NCBI RefSeq assembly: GCF_024521635.1
Contig: NW_026250416.1
Location: 124,001 to 188,000 of the forward strand
Length of the DNA stretch: 64,000 bases
Reading direction: 5' to 3'
Source of the DNA: Tricharina praecox
Taxonomy: Eukaryota
Part shown: piece after piece, positions 13,705 through 28,588 of the stretch
Layout of the letters: each line of letters begins with the position of its first letter
How positions within the stretch are numbered: the first letter of the stretch is position 1
The notes under the pieces: generated by a model
Told to the model about the DNA's origin: nothing
The model's database searches: none
What the model saw: only the letters and a program-made list of their open reading frames with translations
Made by a program: the position numbers and the translations under genes

Positions 13705-15573
13705 TCGTGATCGTGATCAGGGTTCCCTAGATGATGTACTCTATGTAGCCCCCCATAGTGCTCTACTTTAGATCATTTAGATCAAGTGAAGGATCGGTCT
13801 GTTTTCTTTGGAGGTCATTTTTTTACAGCGTGTAGGCAGCGTGGTGGCGTGGTGGCGTTCATAGGTTCACTCTTTACAATTGTTTGTTGGGTCTCTGTCT
13901 CCTGGTCCGGGGGGCAAGTTTAATGTTTGTCTGTCATTCCTTCTCTCGTTCCACCGTGTGGATGGATGGATGAATGCACTCCGTTCACGGCGGTGGTAGG
14001 TGCCTACCGACCTGAGCAGCGGGGGAGGGGGGATTATTGCCTATCACTGATAGGTACTTCTTACTCGACTCTTCGTTCGTTCGTTGGATTACCTAGGCTA
14101 TGAGGGAATTGTCGAGTGATCACGATTAGAAGCACATTCAAGCCATGAAGAATGAAGAAAGCGCGCGGTACTGTGCCGGTATCTACAATCCAAATGCTTC
14201 AGGGTCCCACATATTCTATCGGAAAGTTCTTATCGCCTCACGTCGGGCCGTCGAGCAGCAAAGCAAAGCGGGTTAGTAAGCAGATACCGGTACGATGTCA
14301 TAGGTATGCCGGCCGCTGGCGGGAGCTCGAGCTGAGTGGAGGGGCATCGCATCCGGATCCGCGGCAGCTCGTTACTCTACATAGCCAACCACTAGCATGT
14401 ACGAGTAGAGTACGGTAGCTCCGCCGTGCTAACTGGAGCAACTAGAGGATATGCTATGCTAGATACTCTAGCCCCGGTCTGCGCTGTGATCATGATCTGA
14501 CGGACGGTTATTTATCGATATCGACATCGACCGCCCACCCGCCCGCCGTCCGCCGTCGTGCGTGCGTATGCAAGGGGATCTTGGCTGGATCTGGGAGGAG
14601 TGCAAGTGGGTGGGAGGGAGGGAGCGAGGGAGGGAGGGGAGAGGCGTCATGGCGTGCGGGGATGCTACATGCTGTTACTCATTTTCTGCTCTGTCCGCTC
14701 TGCGGCGTTTGCTGTTAGGGCTGTCTAACTAGGGGCGGACGACAAACCCGGGGCGTGGTGTATGTAGTTATAAGCCATTCACGTCGCTTCCACGTGAGAC
14801 AGCCACCGCCGGAGAAACATTGTCCTTCGGCAAAACGAGTAACAGTCGGGAGAGAGTGAGCACTGGGGGATGTGGGAAGTTCCTCCCTGCGTTTCGATTC
14901 GGGGGCAATCTATTTGACCACATCAGAGCTGTCTCTCTGTCTGCCTGCCTGCCTGTTCGTCCGTCACCCACACACACACATATGGGGAAATGGGGAAATG
15001 AAGGAGATTGTTATTTGTGATAGCTGGGGGCTGGGAGGTACGATAACGATTGAACGGAGTGGAGTGGGGTGAGGAAAAGGAAGAGAATCGAGAAGAAGAC
15101 GAAGAAGAATGCTCGAATGGCATCTAGAGCAGATCTGAGCCCCTGTCAGTCCATGCCCCCCCGCAGTCATGCCGACTCCGGAGTTATCCATACCTCTTCC
15201 TACTAGTAGGCTCCGTCGAGTGTCTAGTGATAATGGTCCTGGTGGATTCTCGTTCTTCTTTGCTCCAAGTGGGCAAAACACGACTGGACCTCAACTGACC
15301 TGACTGATTGTAGTACCTTACACAAGCAGCCACCACCACCACCACCACCACACTCGAGTCTCTCCCTCGTCACCTCCCGCGACTACTACCACCACCTATC
15401 TCACCCCACCACCCCGCCCTCCCCCCCACTCCCCCTCTCAACCACACCCGCAACCACATACGTCGGCTCGACGAGATATCTTCATCGGTCCGCCTGTCCA
15501 TGCCGGTGGCGCGTCATAACTTCGTCTTCCATCGGTTCGAATTCAGAGAAGCAGCAGCAACGATAACGATATA

Positions 15574-17262
15574 ATGAACACGGCCGACTCTTCCGCCCCG
15601 GCCTCGCAGGGCTATACCCGCACGGCCCAGCAACAGCAGCAGCAGCAAGGACTTTCGGGAATGCCGCTAGGGAATGGCGCCCGCGGCCTTTCCATGTCGT
15701 TTTCGGCCGCCGCCGCCGCCGCGAACCAGCAACAGCAACAGCAACAGCAACATCAACAGCAGGACCAACAGCAGAACGGCAGCGACTCGACAATGATGGA
15801 CCAACCTCTCATGATCTCGATGGGGATGGCTGCGGCCGCCGCTGCCGCTGCTGCGGCGGCGACGGAAAACGGCGGCATGGGTTCCCTCGACCCCCAGTTG
15901 TCGTCCGTTGGCGATCAGTTCGCCGCGCTCGCCACGACGTCACCACTCACCGCCATGCCGAACGAGTTCGGAGGCCTTGGTGGCGGAAGTACTTTGACGG
16001 AATTCACGAAGAGGCGGAATTGGTCGCAGCGCATACTCGAGGAGCTGCAGGACTTCCTGCATGTGCTCACACCCACCGGGAAAGTGGTCTACGCCTCACC
16101 GTCGAGTAGAGCCTTGACCGGGTTTGGCGTCGAGGAGCTGATCGGAAAGTTCATTACGGACTTCATCCATGAAGACGACTCGGCACTGTATGTCTTTTCT
16201 CTTTTTTTTTCACTCCGGAGTTGTGAGGCTTATGCGTGTTACTATTGTAGATTTGTGCGGGATTTCAACGAATCGATAGCTACCGGGCGTCCCCTCCGAT
16301 TGTTCTATCGGTTCCGGAAAAGCGATGATACCTATGCGATATTTGAAGCCCACGGCCACCCACACATTGCTGATGCGCCGCAAATCGACCCGTCGTCGCT
16401 GCAGTCGATATGCAAGGGTTTCTTCATGATGGCGCGCCCGTATCCCACGCGGAACGCGGCGCTGTTGGATTCCTTCCTGGAACACAAGATTGAGAACGAG
16501 AGATTGATGAAGAGAATCGTGGAATTGCGCCAGGAAGAATACGAGGACCAGCAGCAACAGCGGCAGCGACAGCAGAATTCCTTAAGGAGTGACGGCATGA
16601 CCAGTACGAGTGTCGGCTCGTCTTTCGGCGGCGAGACGCCACTCTCCATGTCACAGGGCCAGACCCCATCACAATCAGGCGTGGGTGCGGATTCGATGCC
16701 GCCTCCCGCCAAACCCGTGAGCGCGCTGACTCGGCAGAACTTGGATCGAATGGAGGCCTCCAATTCCATCCACATCGAGGGCATCCGAGACAAGATGGCA
16801 CGAATCGACGGCCCCTCCCATATGGATACTATTGAGATCCTGACCGGGCTTCGGTATCGGGAAGGTGAACGCTCCAAGGGCATCAGTACTGGTGACACAT
16901 CACCGGCCTTGATTCGCGGAGACGTTGGTGTTCCCATCCCCGTCGACAAGGAGAACCGCCAGAGCTCGGACAAGAAAAAGAAACAGAAGATTGCGGACGA
17001 GTACGTGTGTACGGATTGTGGCACGCTGGACAGTCCGGAATGGCGCAAGGGTCCCAAGGGTCCCAAAACCCTGTGCAATGCTTGTGGTTTGCGATGGGCA
17101 AAGTATGTTCTTCTACCACGAATTACCTCCCATAATGTGGAGGGCCTCGACTGATATGTCTATAGGAAAGAGAAAAAGCGGAATTCCGTCACGGTTCCAT
17201 CTTCCTCCGGAAGCGTCATGCCCGGTGGCGGTGGTATGGGCGGAGGTGGCAGTGCGGCTTGA
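15574..17262 (+). CDS. wc-2: White collar-2 / LreB: PAS domain plus GATA zinc-finger transcription factor
   Basis: STLTEFTKRRNWSQRILEELQDFLHVL PAS start, ARPYPTRNAALLDSFLEHKIENERL, GATA finger CTDCGTLDSPEWRKGPKGPKTLCNACGLRWAK. Introns at 16188-16250 and 17103-17165; stop TGA at 17260-17262. Confidence 0.94.
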
Positions 17263-18271
17263 ACATATTCCCAACGGATAATGGTTGACTTTTCTTTTTC
17301 TTTTTCTTTCTTTCTCCCCATTACCCATCATCCATTAGCCATATAGTTGTGATCCGTGTATTTTCTTTTGCTACGTTGTTCATTCATTGGCGTTCAGATT
17401 TTTTTCCCCCAGGCTTTCGTGCGGGGTTCGGTCGGGGCGAGGGCGAGAGGGGGGGTTTTATATTTTCTTTTGCAGATTGAAGAATTTCATGTGTACATAT
17501 CATACATACTTTTTCACCCCGAGAAACAGGTGGGTATGACTACCTATCACTTTGCAGATACGGCACCTATCTAGTTGAAGGGCGTTTCGTAGCGCTGGGC
17601 TGGGCTGGTATTCTGGCTGCTGCTGCGTGTTCTGCTGTGTTGTGTTGTGCTGTACTGTGCGTTTGATGGAATGGGCAAAAGAAAGGAAACGGACGGGTCG
17701 TGGTCATGCTGATCTCGAGCTGGCCGGTCTGGACTGGACTGCACTGGAGTCTGGAATCCGGTGATGTAACTGGCCGGGGGTGGTGTGGATGAGTGAGTGT
17801 CTGTGATTCGGCCAGGCCTTGCCCTGCGACGGGACACAACGCGAGGGGATTCGGTCGGCACTTCTGTTGCGGTACGCCAGGGTGCATGGGAAACAGGGTG
17901 CGGGGGAAACACTGCCGTTCTAGAGCTGAATCGCTGCTAACCCTGAGACATTCGCACTCGACGCGGACTCGAGGTGAAATGGACGTGGAGGGAAGTTGGA
18001 GAGGTAGATATGTGCTGTGCTGTGACATCACAGCCCGGGCCCCGCGATGACTACTTTTCTGTCCTACGGTAGTTAGCGGTAACTATCATCCACTAGCCAA
18101 GCCGATTCCATACCACAGCTGTAGCTACTCTAACTACTGCTATTCACCTTTGCTATTCACCATTGCGGTTACCTACCATTGCGGCTATCATTGCCATTGC
18201 CATTGCCATCCCACCACACATCCTATTGTCTCTCTGATACTCTCGAGCTCCACGACACGCACACGATACCT

Positions 18272-20295
<2,024 letters not shown>

Positions 20296-21163
20296 AGTAG
20301 GTACTTAAGCAAGTGCTTTATGTATGTAGATACCTAGAATTATTTACGGTTTGATGCGAGTGTGGGGACATGCTGCGGCACGTGAGGGTTGGTGATGCGG
20401 CTCTGTAGTTATGTAGTCACGTCCCGTCAAGCAAGTCCCGCCCCGCCACGGCAGTACTCCTTACACACCACCGAAGCGAAATGCCGATTAACGATTGACG
20501 ACCGTACATCGCGATCGTAGTTACATACATACATACACACCGACGCGAAGCGAGCCCATGGCTTGATCTCGCTACCGCCTAAAGTACATGAGTAGCGACG
20601 ACAGAAATGGCACCTGCACCACGATATATGTAGGTGGACGTAGGGAAATTTGAAGCAAGGGGGGGAGGGAGGGGCGGGGGGGGCAATTCATCTCGCTGTT
20701 GCCTGTCGGTACCAAGTATGATAGAGTAGCCAGATTCCGGCTTGCAATACGGGGGGAGGGGGTCGATCCGTCGCATCAAGGGAGCGGTGAAGCACCCCGG
20801 AACGCGCCCAGGAGCGCCTGGAGGAGTGTCCGGCGGACTGCCCGGAGGAACCGGTGCTTCGGTGCGTGTACATCCATACACCCATACATATAGACATAAG
20901 TGCGGACATATAGATTCATACATGCATACCCAAAGACTGAAGTCTGGAAGCGCTCGCCTATCCGTACCCCTACCTACAAATAAGAGTATCTACTCTACTT
21001 GGTCGGTACCAGTCGGTACATACCTATAGGCGCCCTCATCACGACACCCGGCGGTAGTGAAATTGCGAGCATACATAACCACCTATGCATCATGTCCGGC
21101 GCTCCGAGTGTCCGGAATTGGCACTTCTGCTACCTTTGCTGCTGCCGCCCCCGACGAGTCTAA

Positions 21164-21596
21164 GGGCCCGTTTGGATGGCCTCAGTTTTCAGTTCCAGTT
21201 TTAGAGCGAAATTCAGTTCCCCGACGAGACACCGAATTCTGTCCAGTTTCAGTTTCCGGAAAACTGTGAGGTGAACAGAGTGTTTGGCAGTTCTCAGATT
21301 ACTCAGCCATAAGTATGAATAATAGGCTTCACCAGAACTCTAATAGTGGACACATTGTGGCCCCGCTTTTTTCTCTTCCCCGTAAAGGGAGTCCATGGTT
21401 GAAGTTAAAATGCGATACTGAGTGGCGGCAAAGAAATGACCTCTCGAAGTCAGTACCAGTTTCGTCGCTGGAGCCCCACAGTTTCGGTTTTTTTTAAAAA
21501 GTTTTTGTGCCATCCAAACGGGGTCTCAGTTCCATTTGCTCAGTTTCTCGAAAAACTGACAGTTTTCGCTAAAACTGAGGCCATCCAAACGGGCCC
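21164..21596. mobile_element. 433-bp PIF/Harbinger (Tourist-like) MITE
   Basis: Perfect 26-bp terminal inverted repeats GGGCCCGTTTGGATGGCCTCAGTTTT / AAAACTGAGGCCATCCAAACGGGCCC, flanked by TAA on both sides (21161-21163, 21597-21599). No transposase-like coding sequence. Confidence 0.92.
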
Positions 21597-23265
21597 TAAT
21601 ATGTACCGGCAATAGAGTATCGTATTTACCTATGTATTGTACATACGGGAGAGAGAGAGATCACCGGGGGAGAGAAAGAGATCTTCAGTTTATTTCGCGT
21701 GCAGCCTATCTACTATTAGTAGACTGTGGCGAACCGTCGCACTCCTTTCCTGCCCACTTGTGGCCGGCCGGGGGTTGAGACCCCGCTACCGGCCAGTACG
21801 ATGTGGCGCCGCTGCCTACCAAACAAATGCAGGTACGGGATTGAAGAAGCACCAGGCCAAGTGTGTTTCCGCTGACTCTTGAGTGATAAGCCGTGATCGA
21901 TACTGCCGATGTCTCACCTGAGACCTCAATCTTAACTCCTTCGTCGCCTGAAGATCCAAGAAAACAGAAAAAAGCCATCACCTCTTCTTTCCTCTTCTTT
22001 CCAAGATTTTTACACAGGAGGCACCCCCTATCACACATACAATCACAGAACCGGAACTCGGCACTCAAAAGATGAAAGATCGATACCGGTATGATACCAT
22101 CTTGATTATCACCCGTAGCCCCATAGCTCCATAGCCCCAAAGCCCCATATCCACAGTAGGTAGCCACAGTACTTCTTGTTATACTAGCACCGTACCTGCT
22201 ACAGCATCCACAGCATCCACTATGTCTTGCAAGTTGCAACCCACGGACCCAAGCCCAAGTCCAATCCCAATCCTAAGTCCAACAACACAGCCCCTCCGCC
22301 CCCCTCCCCCCTCCCATCCCCTCCCCCCTCCACCACCCCACTTCATATTTCATAAGCGAAAGGAAAAATCAAATCAAACTCCGAGGACCCATTTGCCCCA
22401 ATCCCAAACCCCAAAGCCCCAGTCCAGTTCCAGTGCCTTTGAAAGGAGAAACAAAACAAACAAAAGGAGAAACGAAAAACGAAAAACGAAACAAAAAGAT
22501 GAAGAAAAAAAAAGAAGACGCTGCAAAAACCCCCCCAACTGAAACCCTTTCTCCCCTTTCCCACCTTCCCACTTCCCACTTCCCCTTTTTTTTTCTTCTC
22601 CCTTAGAACACAGCACCAAAAAGTTGAATATCATACATTTGAATCGAATCGTAAAGAAGAAGAGAAGTAGAAGAGAAGTAGAAGTAGAAGAGAAGTGCAG
22701 TAGAAGCCATGGTGGGATTATATAAAGTGGGAGGGGAGGGAGAAAAAACAAAACACTTGGAAACAAAATCAACACCCGCTCAACAACCCAAAAGTTAAAG
22801 TTTAAAAGGAAAAGGAAAAGGAAAAGGAAAGCAAAAAGCGACGGCCATAACCTAGCCCCCCATCGAGAACGAATAGAGAAAGGGGGAAAAGAGGGAAAAG
22901 AAGCAGAATAGAGAAGAAAAAAACGCCCCGTGATAATGACGAGAGAACAAAAAACATCCCACGCAACCCAAACCTGCAAGTGTGTACAGCCAAATCCCCA
23001 AAAAGTGAAACAAAGAGAAAGAGCAATGAATGGAAGACGCTACGTTAGGAAAAACAAAAAGTAGAATATCCAAGTGGTGGTAGTGGTCTGTCGGACCGGC
23101 CTTCTTCCGTTGAGGGATGAAATCTAGGAGTGACAAGACCGAGCAAGAAAAAATGAACAAATGAGCTTTTTCAAGAAGAGAAGAGCGGTGGATATAGAGA
23201 GAAGAACGAGTAAGTAGAGGTGGTCTCGAGATTAAAGAAAGTAAAATGCCCTCTTCGGTGGGGTA

Positions 23266-26200
23266 TCATCGGTGCACGACGCTGCCGCCAGACAGCTTTG
23301 TACCACATAATGGCTCGCTACGTGCTTTGGGCCGCCTCCCGCTTCGCCATGATCTCGGCCGTGGTCCGGGAGGTGTCACCATGGTGTGTCTTCTCGATAT
23401 CTTGGGTTCCGGCCTGAAGCTTGCTTTCGGTGATTTTATGTCGGTGCCCGCGCGGTTCAGCGTGGCAGTTGCCCCAGCCCTCGATATCATGTAGCGGTCT
23501 TCGAGTGCCGCATAAATGCTGAGCTCCTCTCCTTCCTGGACTGAATTCGGTGGCGTGGTGGGTTTCACGATCGAAAAGTATCCCTCTTCTCTGGACCAAG
23601 GCTCGGGATATCCCGCCGCATCGAGCTCGGCCGGCGTAGCCTCGGTGATGGTCTCATCGGTTGACCTCCACTTGCCGTCGAGCAAGGGCATTATGCCGCG
23701 CCTCCTGGTAGGCGATGACCCTCCGGAAGTGTTTTCCTTCTTGGTGCTGGAATTGAACGAAAACCTGCTACTCAAGCTCGAACTCCGTTTGGTAGGGCTA
23801 GACGGTGCGGTGACGAAAGAGCTCGACTTTGACCTGGTAAAAGACAAAGTTGAGGAGCGCTTGACAGTCGGCTCGTCGTAATCGCAATCCTCCTCCCATG
23901 TAGTATCCGATGTATCGGAATCGATGGACAGTGTCGGCCTCTTCGAGCTTGAAAGCAAGCTGAGCATCGACAGCCGCCGCATGAGCAGGGCACCGCTGGG
24001 TTCCTTCCGTGGCTTTGTCCGTGTTGCGTTGAAAGGGATAAGATCTTTGGTCCACACCTCAGCAAGTCTAGCCTCCGCCCGATTCCTTTCGGTGCGCTTC
24101 AGGTTGACGGTCGGAACAAGCCCATTGAAGTTGAGAGTGCTGTAGGTTCGCCTGACGTTGGTGGAGCCATGTGGATCATCGGCGAAGAGAAAGTTATTAA
24201 TCACCACGTATTGGCCGTCAGACTCCAGAGACGAAGAAACCCCGCCGCGCAAAAGAGATTGATGACGAGCCAAAGTGCCAGGTCGTCCGAAAACGTCACC
24301 GACCGGCTTAATATCGGACGAGATGCACGAACAGAAATCCATATTGGTCGAGCTGTATTCCTGGTAGTCCTTGCTCTCCGCCATGATGCGGTCCTGGATC
24401 TGGTTGCGCCATACGAATTCCTCGTCATCGGAGCATGCTGACAGCAAGACTTCGTAGATTCGGTGGTCCGCCTCAAAGACCACTTTCCACGTATGAGGTG
24501 CGCCAGGGCTGTACAAACCTGGTTTACGTGGTTAGCGCTGATTAGCCTCTCGTGAATTATAGAAAAGCACTCACCCTTGCCATGACTAGGCTCCTCGATG
24601 CGCGCGATAGCCAAAGTTACCGCAAATTTGACCTTGTAATGATCGTGCTTCGATACCGAGGCCAAGATGAGGTAGGACTTGAAGAGCAAACAAGCCATGT
24701 ACTCGGTATGAGGCTGGCTCTCCCGGTTGTTGCTCTGCCATGTGACGTGCAGAGCTCCGCACAGGATGACATGACCCAATAAACGAACCGGGAGTGACTG
24801 TGTTGATGCCCCACCGTCAGCTTTTGCTCATACAGATGTGCCCAAAAACACGTACCTTCTGTTGGAAATCAAGCCTGTCTTGCAGCAGCCAAGTCTTCTC
24901 TATCCGCTCACGGATCCTGGGCGCATCGCTGTTGGCCACGTTGACCTGGTGAACGGCCTCATCCAACCGATGTCGCACCCTCTCCAATAACCGATTCGTG
25001 TCCGGGCAGTCAATCGCCGGTGTGTTCTTCTCGATGTCGCGGAAGAGCAACGGATATTTGCATAATCTCTGGATTGGCTACGATACGGTCCAGTCAGTCA
25101 ACAGGCGCTTTACCGCGGGGGGTGATTCGCGCACCTTGAACAGCAGATCGTAGAGCTCCATCGCCCGCTTCCCGTAGTCGCCGCGATTGTCCCACGAATT
25201 CGATGCTCCAATAAGCGCCTCGGTTCCCTTTCCGTGCAATGTATCCGAAGGTTTCACTGTGCGTTTCGGCGCCCTTATCACTTCCTGGTACTTCGCCGAG
25301 TATTCCTCATAAACGAAAAACGCCATGATCTGCGTCGGGGTTAATTGAGCTGTACCGACAATCAATCGCTGATATGGCAGTGAGCCTTACGGTTGTATCA
25401 AAAATCCTAGCCACCTCGGCCGCCGCTGCTGGATCCGACAGAATCGGGTAGTTCGCCAGGTCCGCAACGTTTTGGTGGACACTATGGTCCTGGATCGTCT
25501 GCGTCGTACACGGCAAGGCGCGTGAGATATCCGCAAGCAGCCTCCCGTGGAGCTCGAGCATCTCCGTAACGTTACGTGCCATTGCCTGCCGAACGTCCGA
25601 GGAAATCCAAACACAATCCCTGAGTATCGGGAGATATTTCTGCCACAATATCAGCTCCGAGCGAAATCGATAACCTCGGTTTCCAAACTCACATCTTTCA
25701 GCGACTTCAGATCACGAATGTAGTACTCTTCCGTAGAGATCAATTCCTCCAATGCGTGCTTCCTATCGAGCATCCGATTTATCGTATCCGCATCCAATCC
25801 GGTCACGCTGGTCCTCCGACAGCTCGCCGTCTGGCCAGAGATGGGGAAAGACGCCAGTGTGGCAGATGCAGTCCTGACTCCAGACACGAACGCCGAAGAT
25901 CTCTCTCCCGTTCCGCAGGATTCCAGCGAATGTCGCACGCTGCTGGGACGAGTGAAGACCATATCCGGAAACGGCTGCGGCGGAGATTTGCGGAACATCG
26001 TCTTCATCCATCTGTGGAAAATATATGGATTCTTCTGCTCCCCATTGGCCTCTTTCACAACTATCGCGGGGGCCTGCATGTATTCAGCCGTCACGAACGA
26101 CGCGTTCGAATCCAGAGCAGTGGAATCGAAGGATTCAACGCTGTTGCATCGAGTTTTCTCCTTCCCTTCCTCTTCATCCTGCCCCACCTCCTCCACTACC

Positions 26201-26574
26201 ACCACCTCCTCTTCCTCCTCCTCCTCCTCGAAATCCGGTAGCGCAGCATCGTCGTCGTCGTTTGATTGGCTGGTCGACTCGACTATCTGTGGAGCTGTAG
26301 CTCTCGCAGGTTCGGGGAGGACGGCATCCTGGTTCGGTGTGTGAACGATCCTGGCCGAGCTGTTCTTGCCGCCGCCGCCGCTTCGTTGCGGGATCGATGA
26401 CAGGTCCTGCGCCGAATCTCGCAGGGAGAGTGCGCCGCCGAAGAACGAGCTGGCATCGCTCGGGATCGACGATCGCGACCTATCGAGATATGGGATTCCG
26501 TAAAAAGTTTTTTCTTTCGCGAAAAGGGAGTAGTTGTCGGTACATGACGAGACTTTGTGTGTTAACAGAGCCAT
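23266..26574 (-). CDS. Rho guanine nucleotide exchange factor (DH and PH domains), 6 exons; start codon uncertain
   Basis: RKHALEELISTEEYYIRDLKSL (DH CR1), LLFKPIQRLCKYPLLFRDIEKNTP (DH CR3), LGHVILCGALHVTWQ...YMACLLFKSYLILA (PH), and a Ser-rich tail. GT-AG introns join the ORF pieces in frame. Confidence 0.9.
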
Positions 26575-28331
26575 GGGCGTTATATAGCCGCCGGGATCAG
26601 TTGACACGTCGAATCTAAAGTGTACCTGTACAAAGTGGTCCACGATCTCTGGGGGTGCTGACTTCGTGACAGAGCTAGGTGACGAGGGTGTATTGCTGCG
26701 TGTTGGAATCAACGGATTGATATAAAAGTTGACTGACGCGTGCGTGCGTGTGTTTGGTGTGCGGATCTTTTTTTCCCTCTTTATCCACGCTCTCTCTCGA
26801 TTTCTTTATTTCTTGCTTTCTTTCTTTCTTCCTCTTCTTTTCTTCCTGATCCTGTCGTTATTCTTCTCTCCACCCAAGCTTCTCTCCTTGTGTGTCCCTC
26901 ACACACACTCTCTCGTCCTCTTTCGATGTCGGTATCAATAAACCCAATCCCCCACAACAGCCACGCGGAAGCCGAAGACCGAGAGGCAAATGGAAAAGCA
27001 ACCTAATTGCTGTCCTGCGAGCTAAAAACGAACGAACGAACGAAGAGTGACCGGAATGTGTTCCCAAAATGATGATGCGATCGAATTGACCACTATGCGA
27101 GGGTCCGACGAACCATATCGCTGGACAGGAGGAGGTGGAGGGTGTAGTGGGGGTGTAACGTGGAGGAAGACGAGGCAGCGCCGGGATGCTGCTGTTGCTT
27201 CGCTGGTAGTGATGGTGGTAAGTGGTGGTAGTGATGGTAGTGATGGTGATGAGGGAGGAGGAAAGTGCTGGCTGATTATTTTTTTCGAAACGAACGACGA
27301 ATTGCGCAGGTATTCAAGAGAGAAGGGAGGAATGTGTGTGTGAGTGTGAGTGTGCGAGAGAGGGCTGGCACCGGAGGAGGAAAATGGATATGGAGGAACG
27401 GCCAGCGAGCTTATGGGTACCCAGGTACAACAACCAAGTATGTATGCGAACAGGAACCGCGGTAGGGGGTGGGCGGTGGGCGGTGGTGGGCGAGAAAACG
27501 CAGAGGAAAAGCAAATAGGCTCGCAGTAGTATGGCAGCTACCACGACGATTTGCTACTGACGGAGAGGGAATGTCGAAGTAGCGGGTACACGAGTCCAAG
27601 ATCTGAGATCAGGAAGAAGGAGCGGAAAAAAGCAGCGAAGAGCGATGGCTGCTGCAGCAGAAGGAGAGAGTTCGAGTAAGTACGAATTGCTAATTCTTGG
27701 GGAAATACGGCCGCAGATCGAGATAACAACAAAAACACAACAACCAGCAGGAGCAGCACCACCATCAACAGCCCACCACCACCACCGCTTGCTAGTCGTC
27801 GGGGCATTCTTAGCACCATCTACTCTGAGTGCTCTAGTCCAGGTAGACTAGTAGTTAGCGACGGCTGGCTGGGGGGGGGGGGGGGTGGAGATTCTCTGGC
27901 GCTGGGCGGACAGCCAGCCAACAGCTGGAGGAGCTGTGAGCTGCTGGGTGCTGGGTGCTTGCTTGCTGTTTGTGGGTTGTCTGTGTCTCAGAGGTGGGGG
28001 GGGAGTGGCTCGGTGGGTGAAGAGTCGCCAGAGACGTTGGGTTTACTTCTTCGAGAGCGAAACACAGCGACTACTCGGACGGGGCGAGGCCCGGAACGTG
28101 CAAGACCAGGCACTCCACCCAATTGAGGTCGGCGCGAGTGGCGTCGATCATTTCCCGCCCGTTCGAGAGCATTGCACGTTGCCATGAAAAAGAAAAAGAA
28201 ACAGCCCCCCCATCAGGAGAGGATGGAGCGAGATGCAGGCTTGCTTGGTTCCATCCACCCATGACGACTGGACTGACGCACTGATGCGCTGCGTGCGCTG
28301 CGTGCACTGCAAGGACAAGGAGCCGGCAGTG

Positions 28332-28588
28332 AGATAGACAGACAGACGGACAGACGGACAGACAGACAGACAGACGGACAGACAGACAGACAGACAGGCT
28401 GACTGACAGAGACAGAGAGAGAGACTGACATATACAAACAGACAGACAGACAGACAGACGGAGACACACGGAAGCTGACGGAGACACACGGAGGCTGACG
28501 GAGACACACGGAGACACACGGAGACTGACAGAGACTGACAGACACACGGAGACACCCAGAGACACCCAGAGACACCCAGAGACACCCA
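28332..28588. repeat. Compound microsatellite/minisatellite: (GACA)n grading into GGAGACACAC and GAGACACCCA 10-mers
   Basis: Read directly from the sequence. Confidence 0.9.
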
